This document shows positions 29,232 through 39,331 of a DNA stretch of 64,000 bases, one piece after another; the first letter of the stretch is position 1; each line of letters opens with the position of its first letter. Source of the DNA: Nitrosopumilaceae archaeon (GTDB lineage: Archaea; Thermoproteota; Nitrososphaeria; Nitrososphaerales; Nitrosopumilaceae); assembly GCA_965203465.1 (NCBI GenBank), contig CBDBCR010000001.1:160001-224000 (forward strand). The letters are read 5' to 3'. Both the position numbers and the translations under genes were made by a program. The notes beneath the pieces are model-generated. The model saw nothing but the letters and a program-made list of their open reading frames with translations, did no database searches and was not told the DNA's origin.

Positions 29232-29876
29232 ATGATGGGGGACCGGGACTTTAGGGGGCTGATAAAGAACGCCATAGAATCCATAGGGCGCGAGCTGGAC
29301 GCCAAAGTGGACGCGGCCGACACGCGGACCGTCCACCTCCACGAGGTGACTAGGTGCATGCGCCGCTCGTACTACGACCGCACCGACCCGCTCGACCCGG
29401 AGCGGGGCGGGTTCAATGAGCTGCTCGGCGGGCTGCTCCAAAAGCTGGGCTACGGCACCGAGCCGGCCCAGTACGATCTGGGCCAGACGTCCCTGCGCGC
29501 AAGGGCCGACATGATAGCCGACGACGCGGTGGTGCTGTTCCGCTCGGCAGAAGAGATGCCCGACAACCCCCGGGCCGAGGACATGCTGTACCTAAACGCG
29601 TGCCTGTGGATCTACGACAAGTTCGACGGGGTGGTAGTGTACATCGCCGGCAACCGGCGCGAGGCCTCGTTTTCTGCCACCCGCAACAAAAAGGTCTTCG
29701 AGGAGACGGCCCGGCGCGTCAGGGTCTATGCCGACCTGCTCGCCGGCTCCAAAACCCCGATACTCGAGCCGTCGGCCGAGTGCGCGGGCTGCCAGTATTA
29801 CCAGCGCTGCTACATGAAAGAGCGCGTGGGCAGGGCCGTCACGCTCAAAGAGCTGGTCGGAATGGGAGAAAAATAG
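29232..29876 (+). CDS. Solo Cas4-like / PD-(D/E)XK protein with Fe-S cysteines
   Basis: CMRRSYY plus C-terminal ECAGCQYYQRC. Confidence 0.75.
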   Translation: MMGDRDFRGLIKNAIESIGRELDAKVDAADTRTVHLHEVTRCMRRSYYDRTDPLDPERGGFNELLGGLLQKLGYGTEPAQYDLGQTSLRARADMIADDAVVLFRSAEEMPDNPRAEDMLYLNACLWIYDKFDGVVVYIAGNRREASFSATRNKKVFEETARRVRVYADLLAGSKTPILEPSAECAGCQYYQRCYMKERVGRAVTLKELVGMGEK

Positions 29877-29885
29877 AAAGGGAGG

Positions 29886-29996
29886 TTATTCTAGCGGTTC
29901 GGGGTGGCCCTTGCCGCGGAGCGCAAAGCAGACCACGGCCAGCGCTATGGAAACCCCTATCGCCGAACCGAATGCTGCCATCGATGCCTCTGCCAT
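29886..29996 (-). CDS. 36-aa single-TM small protein, not in ORF track
   Basis: MAEASMAAFGSAIGVSIALAVVCFALRGKGHPEPLE*; TTATATAT box about 25-30 nt upstream. Confidence 0.65.
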   Translation of the reverse strand: MAEASMAAFGSAIGVSIALAVVCFALRGKGHPEPLE

Positions 29997-30079
29997 TCTG
30001 GCTCCGGGGCGGGGTCAGCCCATATATAATTATGTCCAGTTTTTTAGGCGCTCCAAAAAACAATCTTGAAACGCGGATT

Positions 30080-30619
30080 TTATGATACGGGGCCTTCCAG
30101 GGCGAACGTGACGCTGTTCTCGCCACCGGCGGTCATGGAACTGAGGTTGTAGAACGCCTCGCCGGTCACGCTCCAGGACGGGCTGCCCGAGCTTAGCGCC
30201 TCCCAGAGGCCGGGGTTTTGGCCCTCGTCGCGCAACACGAACGTGTCCGAGAGAACCGTGTGCGAGCCGGCAAGGACCGTGTAAAAGTTGGATCCCTCCA
30301 CGAACCCCTCGAACTGGCTGCCTATCTGGCCCGAGTGGACGCGCCGGTCGTCCTCGAAGACGCTGTACGTTATGTACTGGAGTATCACAGAGCGCTCGTT
30401 GGGGTTGGAGACGCGCACCGAAATGTCCACGGGGGCCCTGCCGTCCTGCACGTCCGCCTCGAGCTTTTCGAGCGAGACCTCGAGGGGGAGCACGCCGGGC
30501 ACCGACCCCGAGTACGAAAGCGAATCCTCCGAGACGGGGCCCGTGGCCGTCAGGGCGACGGCCGCGACCACCACGGCGACCGCGGCCACCGCGCCGCCCA
30601 CGAATATCCTGGGGTTCAC
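30080..30619 (-). CDS. Membrane-anchored LEA2/WHy-like protein
   Basis: N-terminal TM, VSNPN motif, beta-rich; TTTAAA upstream of GTG. Confidence 0.7.
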   Translation of the reverse strand: MNPRIFVGGAVAAVAVVVAAVALTATGPVSEDSLSYSGSVPGVLPLEVSLEKLEADVQDGRAPVDISVRVSNPNERSVILQYITYSVFEDDRRVHSGQIGSQFEGFVEGSNFYTVLAGSHTVLSDTFVLRDEGQNPGLWEALSSGSPSWSVTGEAFYNLSSMTAGGENSVTFALEGPVS

Positions 30620-30694
30620 CGCCCGGGGCGCGGCCGCTTCGGTCTTTAAATCTTGGCGCAAGCCATCTTATAGCGGCCGCCGCGCCCGCGGCGC

Positions 30695-31039
30695 GTGCAG
30701 TACTTTGAGGCGATGCGGGTGGGCAAGCAGCGCTCCTCCAGGGCCCAGATGCGGCTGTTCGAGGCGGCCGGCTTTGCGATGCTCACGCTGACCACCAAAA
30801 AGCGCGCCGGCGTCTTCGAGCCGGTCGGCGAGGAGGACAGGGCCGCGGTGATACGGATCCCGGACGGGTACGTCGCGCTCATCGCCGACGGGGACGGCTG
30901 CACAAAGGCGCAGACCAAGGCGCTCGAAAAGGCAGAGGCCGAGCGCATACACGCAGAGCTGGTAAGGTCGGGCATGCCCGCCTTCGACGGCGAGGCCGTC
31001 GAGATCTGGACCGAGCGGTACCCCGCCGTAAAGCTATAG
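30695..31039 (+). CDS. Hypothetical protein
   Basis: Typical codon usage; TATA-like TTATA upstream. Confidence 0.65.
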   Translation: MQYFEAMRVGKQRSSRAQMRLFEAAGFAMLTLTTKKRAGVFEPVGEEDRAAVIRIPDGYVALIADGDGCTKAQTKALEKAEAERIHAELVRSGMPAFDGEAVEIWTERYPAVKL

Positions 31040-31705
31040 TATCAGGGTGCCCGGGGAGCCCGAGCCGCGCGCCGCCTTTTCGAGTGTCTTGGCGTCGGCC
31101 CTCAGTATGCGGGTCTTTATCTTGGAGCGCTCTATGACTTTGAGGGCTACCAGATCCATCAGGTCGTGGCCGCCGGCGACCGACTCTTCGCGGGCCATCA
31201 TGGCGCGCAGATCTTCCAGCTTTATGCGCTTGATCAGCTTTGCGCCCTTGTGCGCGTTGGGATCCCTGTCGTAGACGCCGTCCACGTCGGTCGCGTTGAG
31301 CAGCTGCTCGGCGCCGAGCCGCTCGGCGATCAGGGCGGCGGTCCCGTTGGTGCTCTGCCCGGGGTACAGGCCGCCTGCGACCACGGCCAGGCCGCTGCCG
31401 GCCGCCTGCACCGCCTCGTCGAGCGTCTCGGGCGGGCGCGGCCAGGCCCTGCGGCCCAGCTTGTGTATGAGGAGCCGGGCGTTGAGCCTCGAGACCTGTA
31501 TGCCCATCTCGTCGAGCGAGGATTCGTCTGCGCCGGCCTTGCGCGCCAGCGATATGTAGCGGCGCGCGACGGGCCCGCCGCCGGCCACGGCCACCGGCTG
31601 GCAGACGCGCGAGATCTTGGAGATGGCCTCGGCCGCCTCGGCTATGGCAGAGCCGCTCTCGTCGGCAAAGACGCGCCCGGACAGTTTTATGACTATCGTT
31701 TTCAG
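31034..31705 (-). CDS. pyrH: UMP kinase
   Basis: [28 protein letters not shown]; N-terminus requires a CTG start at 31705. Confidence 0.93.
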   Translation of the reverse strand: MKTIVIKLSGRVFADESGSAIAEAAEAISKISRVCQPVAVAGGGPVARRYISLARKAGADESSLDEMGIQVSRLNARLLIHKLGRRAWPRPPETLDEAVQAAGSGLAVVAGGLYPGQSTNGTAALIAERLGAEQLLNATDVDGVYDRDPNAHKGAKLIKRIKLEDLRAMMAREESVAGGHDLMDLVALKVIERSKIKTRILRADAKTLEKAARGSGSPGTLIL

Positions 31706-32898
31706 GATCCCAGTGCCTTGCCGGCCGCAATTTCAACCTTTTTTCTGAGCCGCGCCGGCGCGTACACCCGCAGTATGTCCAGCTCGCCGGAGAGCGCGGC
31801 CACGGTGCGGATGCCCGAGAGGGGCACCTCCTCGGACCGGGCCCCGCCGGCGAGCATTATCGTGTCGCCGGCCCCGCGGGCGGGCCAGTGCGGCGTGGAC
31901 GTGGTGCGCGAGCTGTCCACGAATACGTCCCGCTGCCCGAGGCCGGCCTCTGCGGCGATTTCTGCGCGCATCCCCTCCAGGCGCGCCGGCGGCACCGCCT
32001 CGGCGGTCGTCTCTTCGTAGACGCACTTTAGCAGGCGCCGCCCGGCGCAGTCGCGCGCCAGCCGCCCGGCCCTCCGCGCCTTCCCTTCCAGGGAGCAGAG
32101 GCGGGCCATGAGCGCCTCGTCGTACAGCTCCAGGTGGGCCTCGGGGCTGTCCGGCTCCAGGCCAAGCTCCCCGGAGGCCAGCCGGACGGCCTCGGCCAGC
32201 ATCACCTCGACGGCCCTGACGGTCTTGTGAAAGTAGACCGCGCGGAACATCTGGTACCTGGAGTGCATCATGGATTCGAACGAGTGCAGGGCCGAGCGCT
32301 CGATGGCCAGCCTGCCGCGCCTCGCGTCCATCGACTTTATCATCCTAATGTGGTCTATCCGGGCGTGCTCTGCGCGCGTATAGTAGCCGTCGCGCGGCAG
32401 GTAGTCCATCACGTCTGCGCTAAGCGGCCCCGAGACTACCTCGTTCATGAAGCGCGAGCGCGAGGTGCCGAAGGCGATGTCGGCTATGCGCCGCCTGCCG
32501 TACCCCTCCGATTCCAGCACGTCCCCTATCTGCGTCTCGGCTATGATGCGCCTGCCCATCTTTTCGTGCGAGACGCCGACGGCCTCCTCGTACAGGTGGG
32601 AGAACGGGCCGTGGCCGACATCGTGGAGCAGGGCGGCCATGCGCAGCTCGCCTATCGCGTCGGAGCTGAGCGCGCCGCGCTCTAGCAGCGCCTCGCCGGC
32701 CATGCCGGCGTTGTTCATGACGCCGAGCGAGTGCTCGAAGCGGGTGTGCTGCGCGCCGGGGTACGTGAGGTGGGCGCCGGACAGCTGCTTTATGCGGCGC
32801 AGGCGCTGGAAAGCCGGGTGATCCACCACGCGCAGCTCCGGAGAGCGGACGCGGATGAAGCCGTGGACCGGATCTATGATGTCTACGTATTTTTTCAA
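31702..32898 (-). CDS. HD-domain phosphohydrolase (SAMHD1/dGTPase-like)
   Basis: [41 protein letters not shown]. Confidence 0.93.
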   Translation of the reverse strand: MKKYVDIIDPVHGFIRVRSPELRVVDHPAFQRLRRIKQLSGAHLTYPGAQHTRFEHSLGVMNNAGMAGEALLERGALSSDAIGELRMAALLHDVGHGPFSHLYEEAVGVSHEKMGRRIIAETQIGDVLESEGYGRRRIADIAFGTSRSRFMNEVVSGPLSADVMDYLPRDGYYTRAEHARIDHIRMIKSMDARRGRLAIERSALHSFESMMHSRYQMFRAVYFHKTVRAVEVMLAEAVRLASGELGLEPDSPEAHLELYDEALMARLCSLEGKARRAGRLARDCAGRRLLKCVYEETTAEAVPPARLEGMRAEIAAEAGLGQRDVFVDSSRTTSTPHWPARGAGDTIMLAGGARSEEVPLSGIRTVAALSGELDILRVYAPARLRKKVEIAAGKALGS

Positions 32899-33461
32899 AG
32901 CCCCATCGCCTCCAGCACCGCCGCGTGCACCTCGGCCCTGCCCTTGGAGGCGTCCACGCGCCTCCAGCGGGGGCCGCGCGCCATCCGGCGGTATTCGGCC
33001 GACACGCGCCGCGCGAGGCCCGCGTCGCTCTCGAACACGTCCCGGTTCTTGCGCTTGCGCGCGCGCGCCTCTTCGAACTCTACGTCCAGGAACACGACGA
33101 CATCGGGCTCGGGCAGGCCCCTGTCGAGGGAGCGCAGCCACGCGCGGTCCAGCCCGTTCGCCGCGCCGTACGCCACGTTGGAGTGGACGTACCTGTCGAG
33201 TATCACGTAGTCGCACGATTCGCTTGCGCGCTCTATCTTTTCTGCGCACTCCCACCGGTTGGCGGCCAGCAGCAGGTGCAAGAGCTGCGGGCGCGGCGCG
33301 CGCCGGCGCAACAGCGCGCGTATCTGCCTGCCGGCCGGCGTGCGGTACTGGGGGAAACTGAGCGTCTTTGCCGAGGCGCCGCGCCTCCCCAGCTCTTTTG
33401 AGAGCATGCCGGCCTGCGTGCGCTTGCCTGCCTGGTCGCCGCCCTCGATGGCCACGATCAC
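32895..33461 (-). CDS. tmk: Thymidylate kinase
   Basis: EGGDQAGKRTQ, LDRY..S, PEPD. Confidence 0.94.
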   Translation of the reverse strand: MIVAIEGGDQAGKRTQAGMLSKELGRRGASAKTLSFPQYRTPAGRQIRALLRRRAPRPQLLHLLLAANRWECAEKIERASESCDYVILDRYVHSNVAYGAANGLDRAWLRSLDRGLPEPDVVVFLDVEFEEARARKRKNRDVFESDAGLARRVSAEYRRMARGPRWRRVDASKGRAEVHAAVLEAMGL

Positions 33462-33657
33462 GGCGCGCCCCGGCCGCCCCGCTCTAAATACGTGCGGCTC
33501 TCCGGCGCCCCCGCGGGCCGCGCTTCCCGACTCCTTTTCGGACGGAAAGCGGCCCGGCAGCGCGGCGTCGGGGGCGCGTCCAAGGCGCCCGCGGCGCCTT
33601 GATCCCCTGCCGGATCTTCGGGAGGACGATCCAAAGGCGCCGTTTCAAATTCGGGGG

Positions 33658-34071
33658 CTAGACGCGATTTCCCCTCTGGCGAGGCGGCGGCCCCTGTTCT
33701 GGATCATTGTCGGCCCCTTCGACGAACGCGCCCGCTTCCTGGCCGGGCCTCATCCGCGCGGATCGCGGTTTGCCGCCCGGCGCCCAGCGGCGGCCGTCGA
33801 ACGTGAACGACACGACGCCCCCGTCGTCCGCCTTTCCTATGTCGTCGAGCGTCTTTTCCAGCGCCCCGTCGTCCGCCTCCGCGTCGCCGTGCCCCAGCAG
33901 TTTCGACACGGCGGCCACCGCTTTTCCGGCCGGCGTCTTCATCGCGTCGTCCACGGAGACGGATGCCGGCCTGCCGCAGGCCGAGCACTCGCCGGCCGGC
34001 GTTTCGGACACGAGGGGGCGCCTGATCGAGGCACCCGCGTCAACGGCGCAGTCCTCACAGTATACGGGCAC
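33658..34071 (-). CDS. Hypothetical protein with N-terminal CxxC...CxxC
   Basis: YCEDC...ECSAC; TTATAA upstream. Confidence 0.55.
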   Translation of the reverse strand: MPVYCEDCAVDAGASIRRPLVSETPAGECSACGRPASVSVDDAMKTPAGKAVAAVSKLLGHGDAEADDGALEKTLDDIGKADDGGVVSFTFDGRRWAPGGKPRSARMRPGQEAGAFVEGADNDPEQGPPPRQRGNRV

Positions 34072-34319
34072 GCGGCCCGTCCGCCGCCGCCGCTTATAAT
34101 TCAGCCGAAGCCCGGCCGATCACCCGCCGATCCTCAGCGACAGGCCCGCGGCCCGAGCGCCTCGAAAGAGTGGAAATCGGCGAGACAAACGGCGGACGAT
34201 TGTGCAGAACGGCAGCCGGCACCTCAGACGTGGAAGCGGGTCTGATCCCACGAATTGGAAACGGCGCCTGCGCGCTGCCGGCATGTCACCAATAAATAGG
34301 AGGCAGGCCCGTGCGCCGC

Positions 34320-34598
34320 ATGGCAGAATCGTTCTGGATTCCGAGGGAAGAGTTTGTCATGCCGGAGGGCGCGCAAGAGACGAAGCTCGGATACCCGAAA
34401 GGCTCCATCAGGCAGTACCGCGTGGGCAGGTTGCACATACGCGAATACAAGGAAGGCTTTGAAGTGCACAAGGACGGCGCGGATCCGCGCCAAGATCCCG
34501 TCGGACACCTAGTAAAGGACGCGCCCGAGATCTTGGTATTGGGGCTGGCCGCCGCGCTCGGCATAGGGTACGCCGTGTACCGCGTGACGCGCAGGTGA
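34320..34598 (+). CDS. Hypothetical protein with C-terminal TM
   Basis: LHIREY...VHKD..DP..DP.GHL..DAPE plus TM. Confidence 0.7.
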   Translation: MAESFWIPREEFVMPEGAQETKLGYPKGSIRQYRVGRLHIREYKEGFEVHKDGADPRQDPVGHLVKDAPEILVLGLAAALGIGYAVYRVTRR

Positions 34599-36121
34599 AA
34601 TGCATGTTCCGCATCCTCTACGTGCTCGCCAAACTTCTCCCGTGCGCCTTGGCCCTGCGCCGCGACAGGAAGGAGTGGTCGCGCAAGGAGGGCGACGTGG
34701 ACCAGGAAAAGTACCGCAGGAACGCGCGCAGGGCGCTCGCAGCGTTTCTGTCGCTGGGCCCCGTTTACATAAAACTGGGCCAGTGGCTGTCCTCGCGCGC
34801 CGACATCCTGCCGCAGCCGTACATGGAAGAGCTTTCGAAACTGCAGGACGACGTGCCGGCAGCCCCGTTCGAAAAGGTCAGGCCGGCCATCGAGGCCGAG
34901 TTCGGGCCCATAGGCGAGGCATTCGAGCGGTTCGAGACCGAGGCCCTCTCGGGCGCATCGCTCGGCCAAGTGTACCGCGCCAGGCTGCGCGGGGAAGAAA
35001 TAGTGGTCAAGGTAAAGCGCCCCGGCATAGGCGAGGCCGTCGAGCGCGACCTGGGGGGCTTGCGCCGCCTGCTGCCCGTCGGCCTGCGGTTCGTCGATCC
35101 CAACCTGGGCCTGTCCGCAAAGGCGCTGCTCGCGCAGTTCATCGACAGCATACGCGAAGAGATGGACTACCGCGCCGAGGCGGACAACCTGCGCCAGATA
35201 CGCGGCAACATGGACGCAAGCCGGGTGATCGTGCCGCGCATCTACGAGGCGCACACCGGCCGGGGCCTGCTGGTCATGGAGTACGTGCCGGGCACCAAGG
35301 TGACCGACATCGAAAAGCTGGACGAGCTGGGCATAGACCGGACGCGGCTGGTCGTGGACCTGCACAAGGTCTTCTTTACGATGCTGCTGCGCCACTCGGT
35401 CTTCCACGCCGACCCGCACCCGGGCAACGTGTCCGTGACCGACGACGGCCGCCTGATACTGTACGACTACGGCATGGTGGGCAGGCTCGACGAGGATAGC
35501 CGCATGAGGCTGGTGAGGCTGTACCTGGCGATGGTCGAAAAGGACGCGGGCCGCACGGTCACCGCGATGAAGGAGCTTGGCATGCTGGCAAGCGACCTCA
35601 ACCGCTCGCTCATAGAGCAGGCCATAGAGCTGACGGTGAGCGCGCTGCACGGCCGCAGGCCGTCGGAGATGGAGATCAACGGGCTGATGGAGATAGCCAA
35701 CAGGACCATGAGCAGGTTCCCGTTCGTGCTGCCAAAGCACCTGGCCCTGTACATGCGCATGGCCTCCATAATCGAGGGCATCTACAAGGCGCACGACGTC
35801 GACTTTCGGTTCGTCAAGGTGATACGCGAGGTGCTCGAGGAGGAGAACCTGATCAGGGGGGCCCAGGCGGAGGAGCTAAAGTCCTCCCTGTACAGGGTCG
35901 CAAAGTCCATAGACGCGGTCATATCGGTGGCCCCCGAGCTGCGCAGCCTGGTCGAGGAGGCGCGCTCCATGCGGCTGGAGGGGCGGCGCAGCCGCACGCC
36001 CGCCGCCGTCATGGCGGGGGCCGCCTTCGTCGGGTTCGCCGTGCTGTACGGCCACGAGCCGCTACTCGGCGCGGCCGGCATGGCCGGCGCCGCCCTAGCC
36101 GCGCTGCTCGCGCTGCGCTAG
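34595..36121 (+). CDS. ABC1/UbiB (AarF) family atypical kinase
   Basis: LGPVYIKLGQ, ASLGQVY, VKVKRP, FHADPHPGN, DYGMVG. Confidence 0.94.
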   Translation: MKCMFRILYVLAKLLPCALALRRDRKEWSRKEGDVDQEKYRRNARRALAAFLSLGPVYIKLGQWLSSRADILPQPYMEELSKLQDDVPAAPFEKVRPAIEAEFGPIGEAFERFETEALSGASLGQVYRARLRGEEIVVKVKRPGIGEAVERDLGGLRRLLPVGLRFVDPNLGLSAKALLAQFIDSIREEMDYRAEADNLRQIRGNMDASRVIVPRIYEAHTGRGLLVMEYVPGTKVTDIEKLDELGIDRTRLVVDLHKVFFTMLLRHSVFHADPHPGNVSVTDDGRLILYDYGMVGRLDEDSRMRLVRLYLAMVEKDAGRTVTAMKELGMLASDLNRSLIEQAIELTVSALHGRRPSEMEINGLMEIANRTMSRFPFVLPKHLALYMRMASIIEGIYKAHDVDFRFVKVIREVLEEENLIRGAQAEELKSSLYRVAKSIDAVISVAPELRSLVEEARSMRLEGRRSRTPAAVMAGAAFVGFAVLYGHEPLLGAAGMAGAALAALLALR

Positions 36122-36552
36122 CCGGTCCTGCGCGCCAGCACGAACCGCGGCCCGGCCGGGTCTATGTCCGGATGCACGCGCACGTCCGATATTATCCGGG
36201 CTTCCAGGTTGCCCCATATGCGCCCCGCCTGCGGCCAGGTCCCCGCGTCCTCAAAGCTTGCCACGTACGCGCGCGATACGCGCAGGGCCTCGGCGGCCCC
36301 GCCGGCCAGGTTGCGTGACACCACTAGGTCGAACTCGCCGGCGGGCCACGGCAGGCGCGAGGGCGGGGCCTGGGCGAGCTCGGCCCGGACCGATTCCAGG
36401 CAGCGGGCAAGCTCGTCCGGATCTTGGCAGGCCACGCAGGCGCGCGCCCCGCCGGGCGGCAGCACGTCGGCGGCCCGGCACCCCGAGTACAGCACGTCGC
36501 GCGCGCGCAGGGAAAGGGCCAGCCTCCCCACAAAGTCGGCCAGCGCGGACAT
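36118..36552 (-). CDS. Degenerate class I SAM methyltransferase-like protein
   Basis: VLYSGC, LPWPAGEFDLVVS. Confidence 0.5.
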   Translation of the reverse strand: MSALADFVGRLALSLRARDVLYSGCRAADVLPPGGARACVACQDPDELARCLESVRAELAQAPPSRLPWPAGEFDLVVSRNLAGGAAEALRVSRAYVASFEDAGTWPQAGRIWGNLEARIISDVRVHPDIDPAGPRFVLARRTG

Positions 36553-36555
36553 TTT

Positions 36556-37470
36556 TCAGACCGGCGTGAGCCAGTGGGCGAACCTTTCGTCCCTGCCGAG
36601 CGCGGCCTCGGAGAACGCCTTTTGCAGCGCCTTGGTGGCCTTGCCCACCCTGCCGGAGCCGACCTGCACGCGGTCCACGCGGGTGACCGACTTTACCTCG
36701 GCGGCCGTGCCGGTCATGAATATCTCGTCCGCCGAGTACAGGTCGTCGCGCTCCAAGTCGGCCTCGACGACGTAGCCGCCGTTTTCTTCCGTTATCTGTA
36801 TGACGCTGTCGCGCGTGATCCCCTCCAGGCAGCCCGACGACACGGGCGGCGTGCGGATCTCGCCGTCGCGCACCACGAATATGTTCTCGGCGCTGCCCTC
36901 GGCAACCTTGCCGTGGTAGTTTAGCATGATGGCCTCGTCGTAGCCCTCGTCGAGCGCCTCGACGCGCGCGAGCGCGGCGTTGCCGTAGTTGGGCGCGCCC
37001 TTTGCCCTCATCGGCTGCGCGCGCGAATCGATGCGCAGCCAGCTTGAAACCTTGCAGCTGGCCCCGGAGAACTTGCCGGCCTTCGATTCCCCCATCTTCC
37101 ACTCCCAGCACGAAATCGACAGCTCCACCTTGTTGGGCTTGGGGGTCAGCCCCATGGTCCCGTACCCGTAGTAGGCTATGGGCCTGATGTAGCACTCGCG
37201 CAGCCCGCTGGCCCTGACCGTCTCGAGGACGGCCTCGCTGACCTGCCGCGGCGAGTACCGCATCTTCATCGAGTACAGCCTCGCGGACCGGAACAGCCTC
37301 TCGACGTGCTCGCCCAGCCGGAAGACCGACGGGCCTTTGGCCGCGTCGTAGCAGCGTATCCCCTCGAATACGGACGTCGAATAGTGCAGGGCGTGGGTCA
37401 GCACGTGCACCTTGGCGCTCTTGAACGGCACCAGCCTGCCGTTCATCCATACCTTGCCGGTCTCGTCCAC
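36556..37470 (-). CDS. ilvE: Branched-chain amino acid aminotransferase
   Basis: ALHYSTSVFEG, AK...NY, EGSAENIF, LEGITR, GTAAE. Confidence 0.96.
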   Translation of the reverse strand: MDETGKVWMNGRLVPFKSAKVHVLTHALHYSTSVFEGIRCYDAAKGPSVFRLGEHVERLFRSARLYSMKMRYSPRQVSEAVLETVRASGLRECYIRPIAYYGYGTMGLTPKPNKVELSISCWEWKMGESKAGKFSGASCKVSSWLRIDSRAQPMRAKGAPNYGNAALARVEALDEGYDEAIMLNYHGKVAEGSAENIFVVRDGEIRTPPVSSGCLEGITRDSVIQITEENGGYVVEADLERDDLYSADEIFMTGTAAEVKSVTRVDRVQVGSGRVGKATKALQKAFSEAALGRDERFAHWLTPV

Positions 37471-37570
37471 GCCCGGGCCCCCCGCCGAGCCGATTTAAGT
37501 TGCGCGCACCGAAACCCTATGCGGGGCGACCGTTTTCTATATAGATCAGCCATAAATATCCCGCCCGCTA

Positions 37571-37684
37571 ATACAGGGTACAGCGTGTTATGGGTAACGC
37601 CGGGCTAATTCTAGATAACGGGCCCAAGAAGAAACCCAGGACAGCGCTACGGGGCTAACCCCCTGTAGGGCTGGTGTCCTTTAT
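37571..37684 (+). rRNA. rrf: Putative highly divergent 5S rRNA
   Basis: About 114 nt folding into a 5S-like Y shape (helix I AGGGUAC-AGC/GCU-G-GUGUCCU; helix II UGU-UGGGU/ACCCA-ACA; loop B AACGCC/AAGAAGAA; helix III GGGCU/GGCCC); TATA-like elements upstream. Confidence 0.55.
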
Positions 37685-39055
37685 CCCCGAGTGGACGGCC
37701 CTTACGGCCCTCTGGACGTTGTCGCCCGAATCCTCGACGACCACTATTATCCGCGAGGTCTCTTCCTGCGCGTCCATGTTGAGTATGTTGAGGCCGACCT
37801 CGGCCATGCGCGCGCTGGTCATCGATACGATGTGGCGCGCCTTCCACATCTGGTCGCCTATCAGCGTGATCACGCCCCTGCCGTACGTTATCGAGGCGAG
37901 CGGGTCGAATCCGAGCAGGTACTTTTCGTTGCGCTTGGCATAGTCGCCGTCCAAAAACAGTATCCGGGAAAGGTCGATGCCGTCGCGGGTGAACGGCGAG
38001 AGCACGACGTACTCGCTGTATCTGCGCTCGGCCTCCAGCGAATCCAGGAGCCTTCGCGCAGCGGCGCGCTCGGCCCGCATGATAGCGCAGTTTTCTCTGC
38101 CGGTCACTATCTTTACGGGATCGCCGCCCGCGTCCCCGGGCGACCTTTCTATGGTGGTCTTTTCCGACGGGTCCTTCATGTCGGTTATGGTGATCGGCAT
38201 GTCCGCGCCGTTTTCGAGTATCTCCTTGATCGCGACCGGATCGAGTATCTTCATGCCGAACATGCCGGCCAGCCTGGCCTCGTTGTACGAAAGGACGGGC
38301 ACCTTGGAGAGGCCGTCCGAGACTATCTTGGGGTCGGCAGATGCCACAGATCTGTCCTTTTCAAAGTCTATACTGGTCTCGTAAGAGTTGCGCAGCAGTA
38401 TCCCCATGTCCGCCGCGGTCCTGTCGGTCCCGCCGCGCTCGTAGGTGGTCACGGTGCCTGTTTTCGTCCTGCCGACGAACCCGCCCATGCAGACTATATC
38501 GTGCCCGCGCAGCAGATCCTCGACGGCGCCGATCTTTTCGCCCGAGGCGTCTGCAAGAAAGTTGGTGTACTCTATGTTGTCGTCGGTCACTACGGGCCAG
38601 TCCTCGAACGGGACCGCCGCCGAGCAGAGGCCCTCGGAGCGCAGCACGTGGTCCATCACGCCGCCCATGAGGACCTCGCCCGAAAAGCCCAGGGCCACGG
38701 ACCTGCGCTCGTCGGCGAACTCGCCGGATTCGAGCGCCTCCCTTGCCCTCGCTAGGTGGGAGTCTATAGTCTGTCTGCACTGCTCGCGCAGGCCGGGGCC
38801 TACCGAGCGCAGTATTGCCTCGTAGGCGTTCCTGACATGGCCCATGCCCGCGCGCGTGTCGCGGTTTTCGCCGATGCCTATGACCACGTCGGTCAGCGAC
38901 ATCTTTTTGCCGCCCACCGTGGTCAGCGGCGCGGAAAAGACGGCCAGCACCTTGGAGCCCGAGCCTATCTGGCGTATGCGCGAGACTATCTTCGGTATGT
39001 ACTCGCCGTCGGAGCCTATCGCGCTTCCGCCGAACTTGGCCACCGTGAGCCTCAT
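37655..39055 (-). CDS. Second aspartate kinase family protein
   Basis: VAKFGGS, FSGE, TYERGGTDRTA, SADP, C-terminal ACT. Confidence 0.85.
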   Translation of the reverse strand: MRLTVAKFGGSAIGSDGEYIPKIVSRIRQIGSGSKVLAVFSAPLTTVGGKKMSLTDVVIGIGENRDTRAGMGHVRNAYEAILRSVGPGLREQCRQTIDSHLARAREALESGEFADERRSVALGFSGEVLMGGVMDHVLRSEGLCSAAVPFEDWPVVTDDNIEYTNFLADASGEKIGAVEDLLRGHDIVCMGGFVGRTKTGTVTTYERGGTDRTAADMGILLRNSYETSIDFEKDRSVASADPKIVSDGLSKVPVLSYNEARLAGMFGMKILDPVAIKEILENGADMPITITDMKDPSEKTTIERSPGDAGGDPVKIVTGRENCAIMRAERAAARRLLDSLEAERRYSEYVVLSPFTRDGIDLSRILFLDGDYAKRNEKYLLGFDPLASITYGRGVITLIGDQMWKARHIVSMTSARMAEVGLNILNMDAQEETSRIIVVVEDSGDNVQRAVRAVHSGIKDTSPTGG

Positions 39056-39256
39056 CTGAGCCGGCCCCCGCCCGGCCGGTATTAATCGTTGGCCGCGCTT
39101 TGCGTGGAAGATCCTGCCGCCGGACTCGGCTTGCGCGGACTCGCCTCGCCCCGGACAGGCGCGCCGCTTCGGGCTTGCAGGCTTCGCGCGGGTTCGAGCG
39201 CGCCTTTCCACCCGCGGGCTGTCTAGATTTAAATGGTTTTGAGCGGCGCGGCCCGC

Positions 39257-39330
39257 GGGCTCGTGGTCCAGCTGGCTATGACATCGCCCTTACACGGCGA
39301 AGATCCGGGGTTCGAATCCCCGCGGGCCCA
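39257..39330 (+). tRNA. tRNA-Val(TAC)
   Basis: GGGCTCG/CGGGCCC acceptor, TCGCC-CTTACAC-GGCGA anticodon arm, TTCGAAT T-loop. Confidence 0.96.
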
Positions 39331-39331
39331 C

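Noticed and set aside
29232-29876. Cas4 as evidence of a CRISPR system or casposon
   Set aside because: No cas1, polymerase, array or TIRs nearby; flanked by core genes
33500-33650. Hairpins between tmk and the CxxC gene (e.g. CAAGGCGCC/GGCGCCTTG)
   Set aside because: Very GC-rich, so stems are expected by chance; the nearby TATA is explained by tmk
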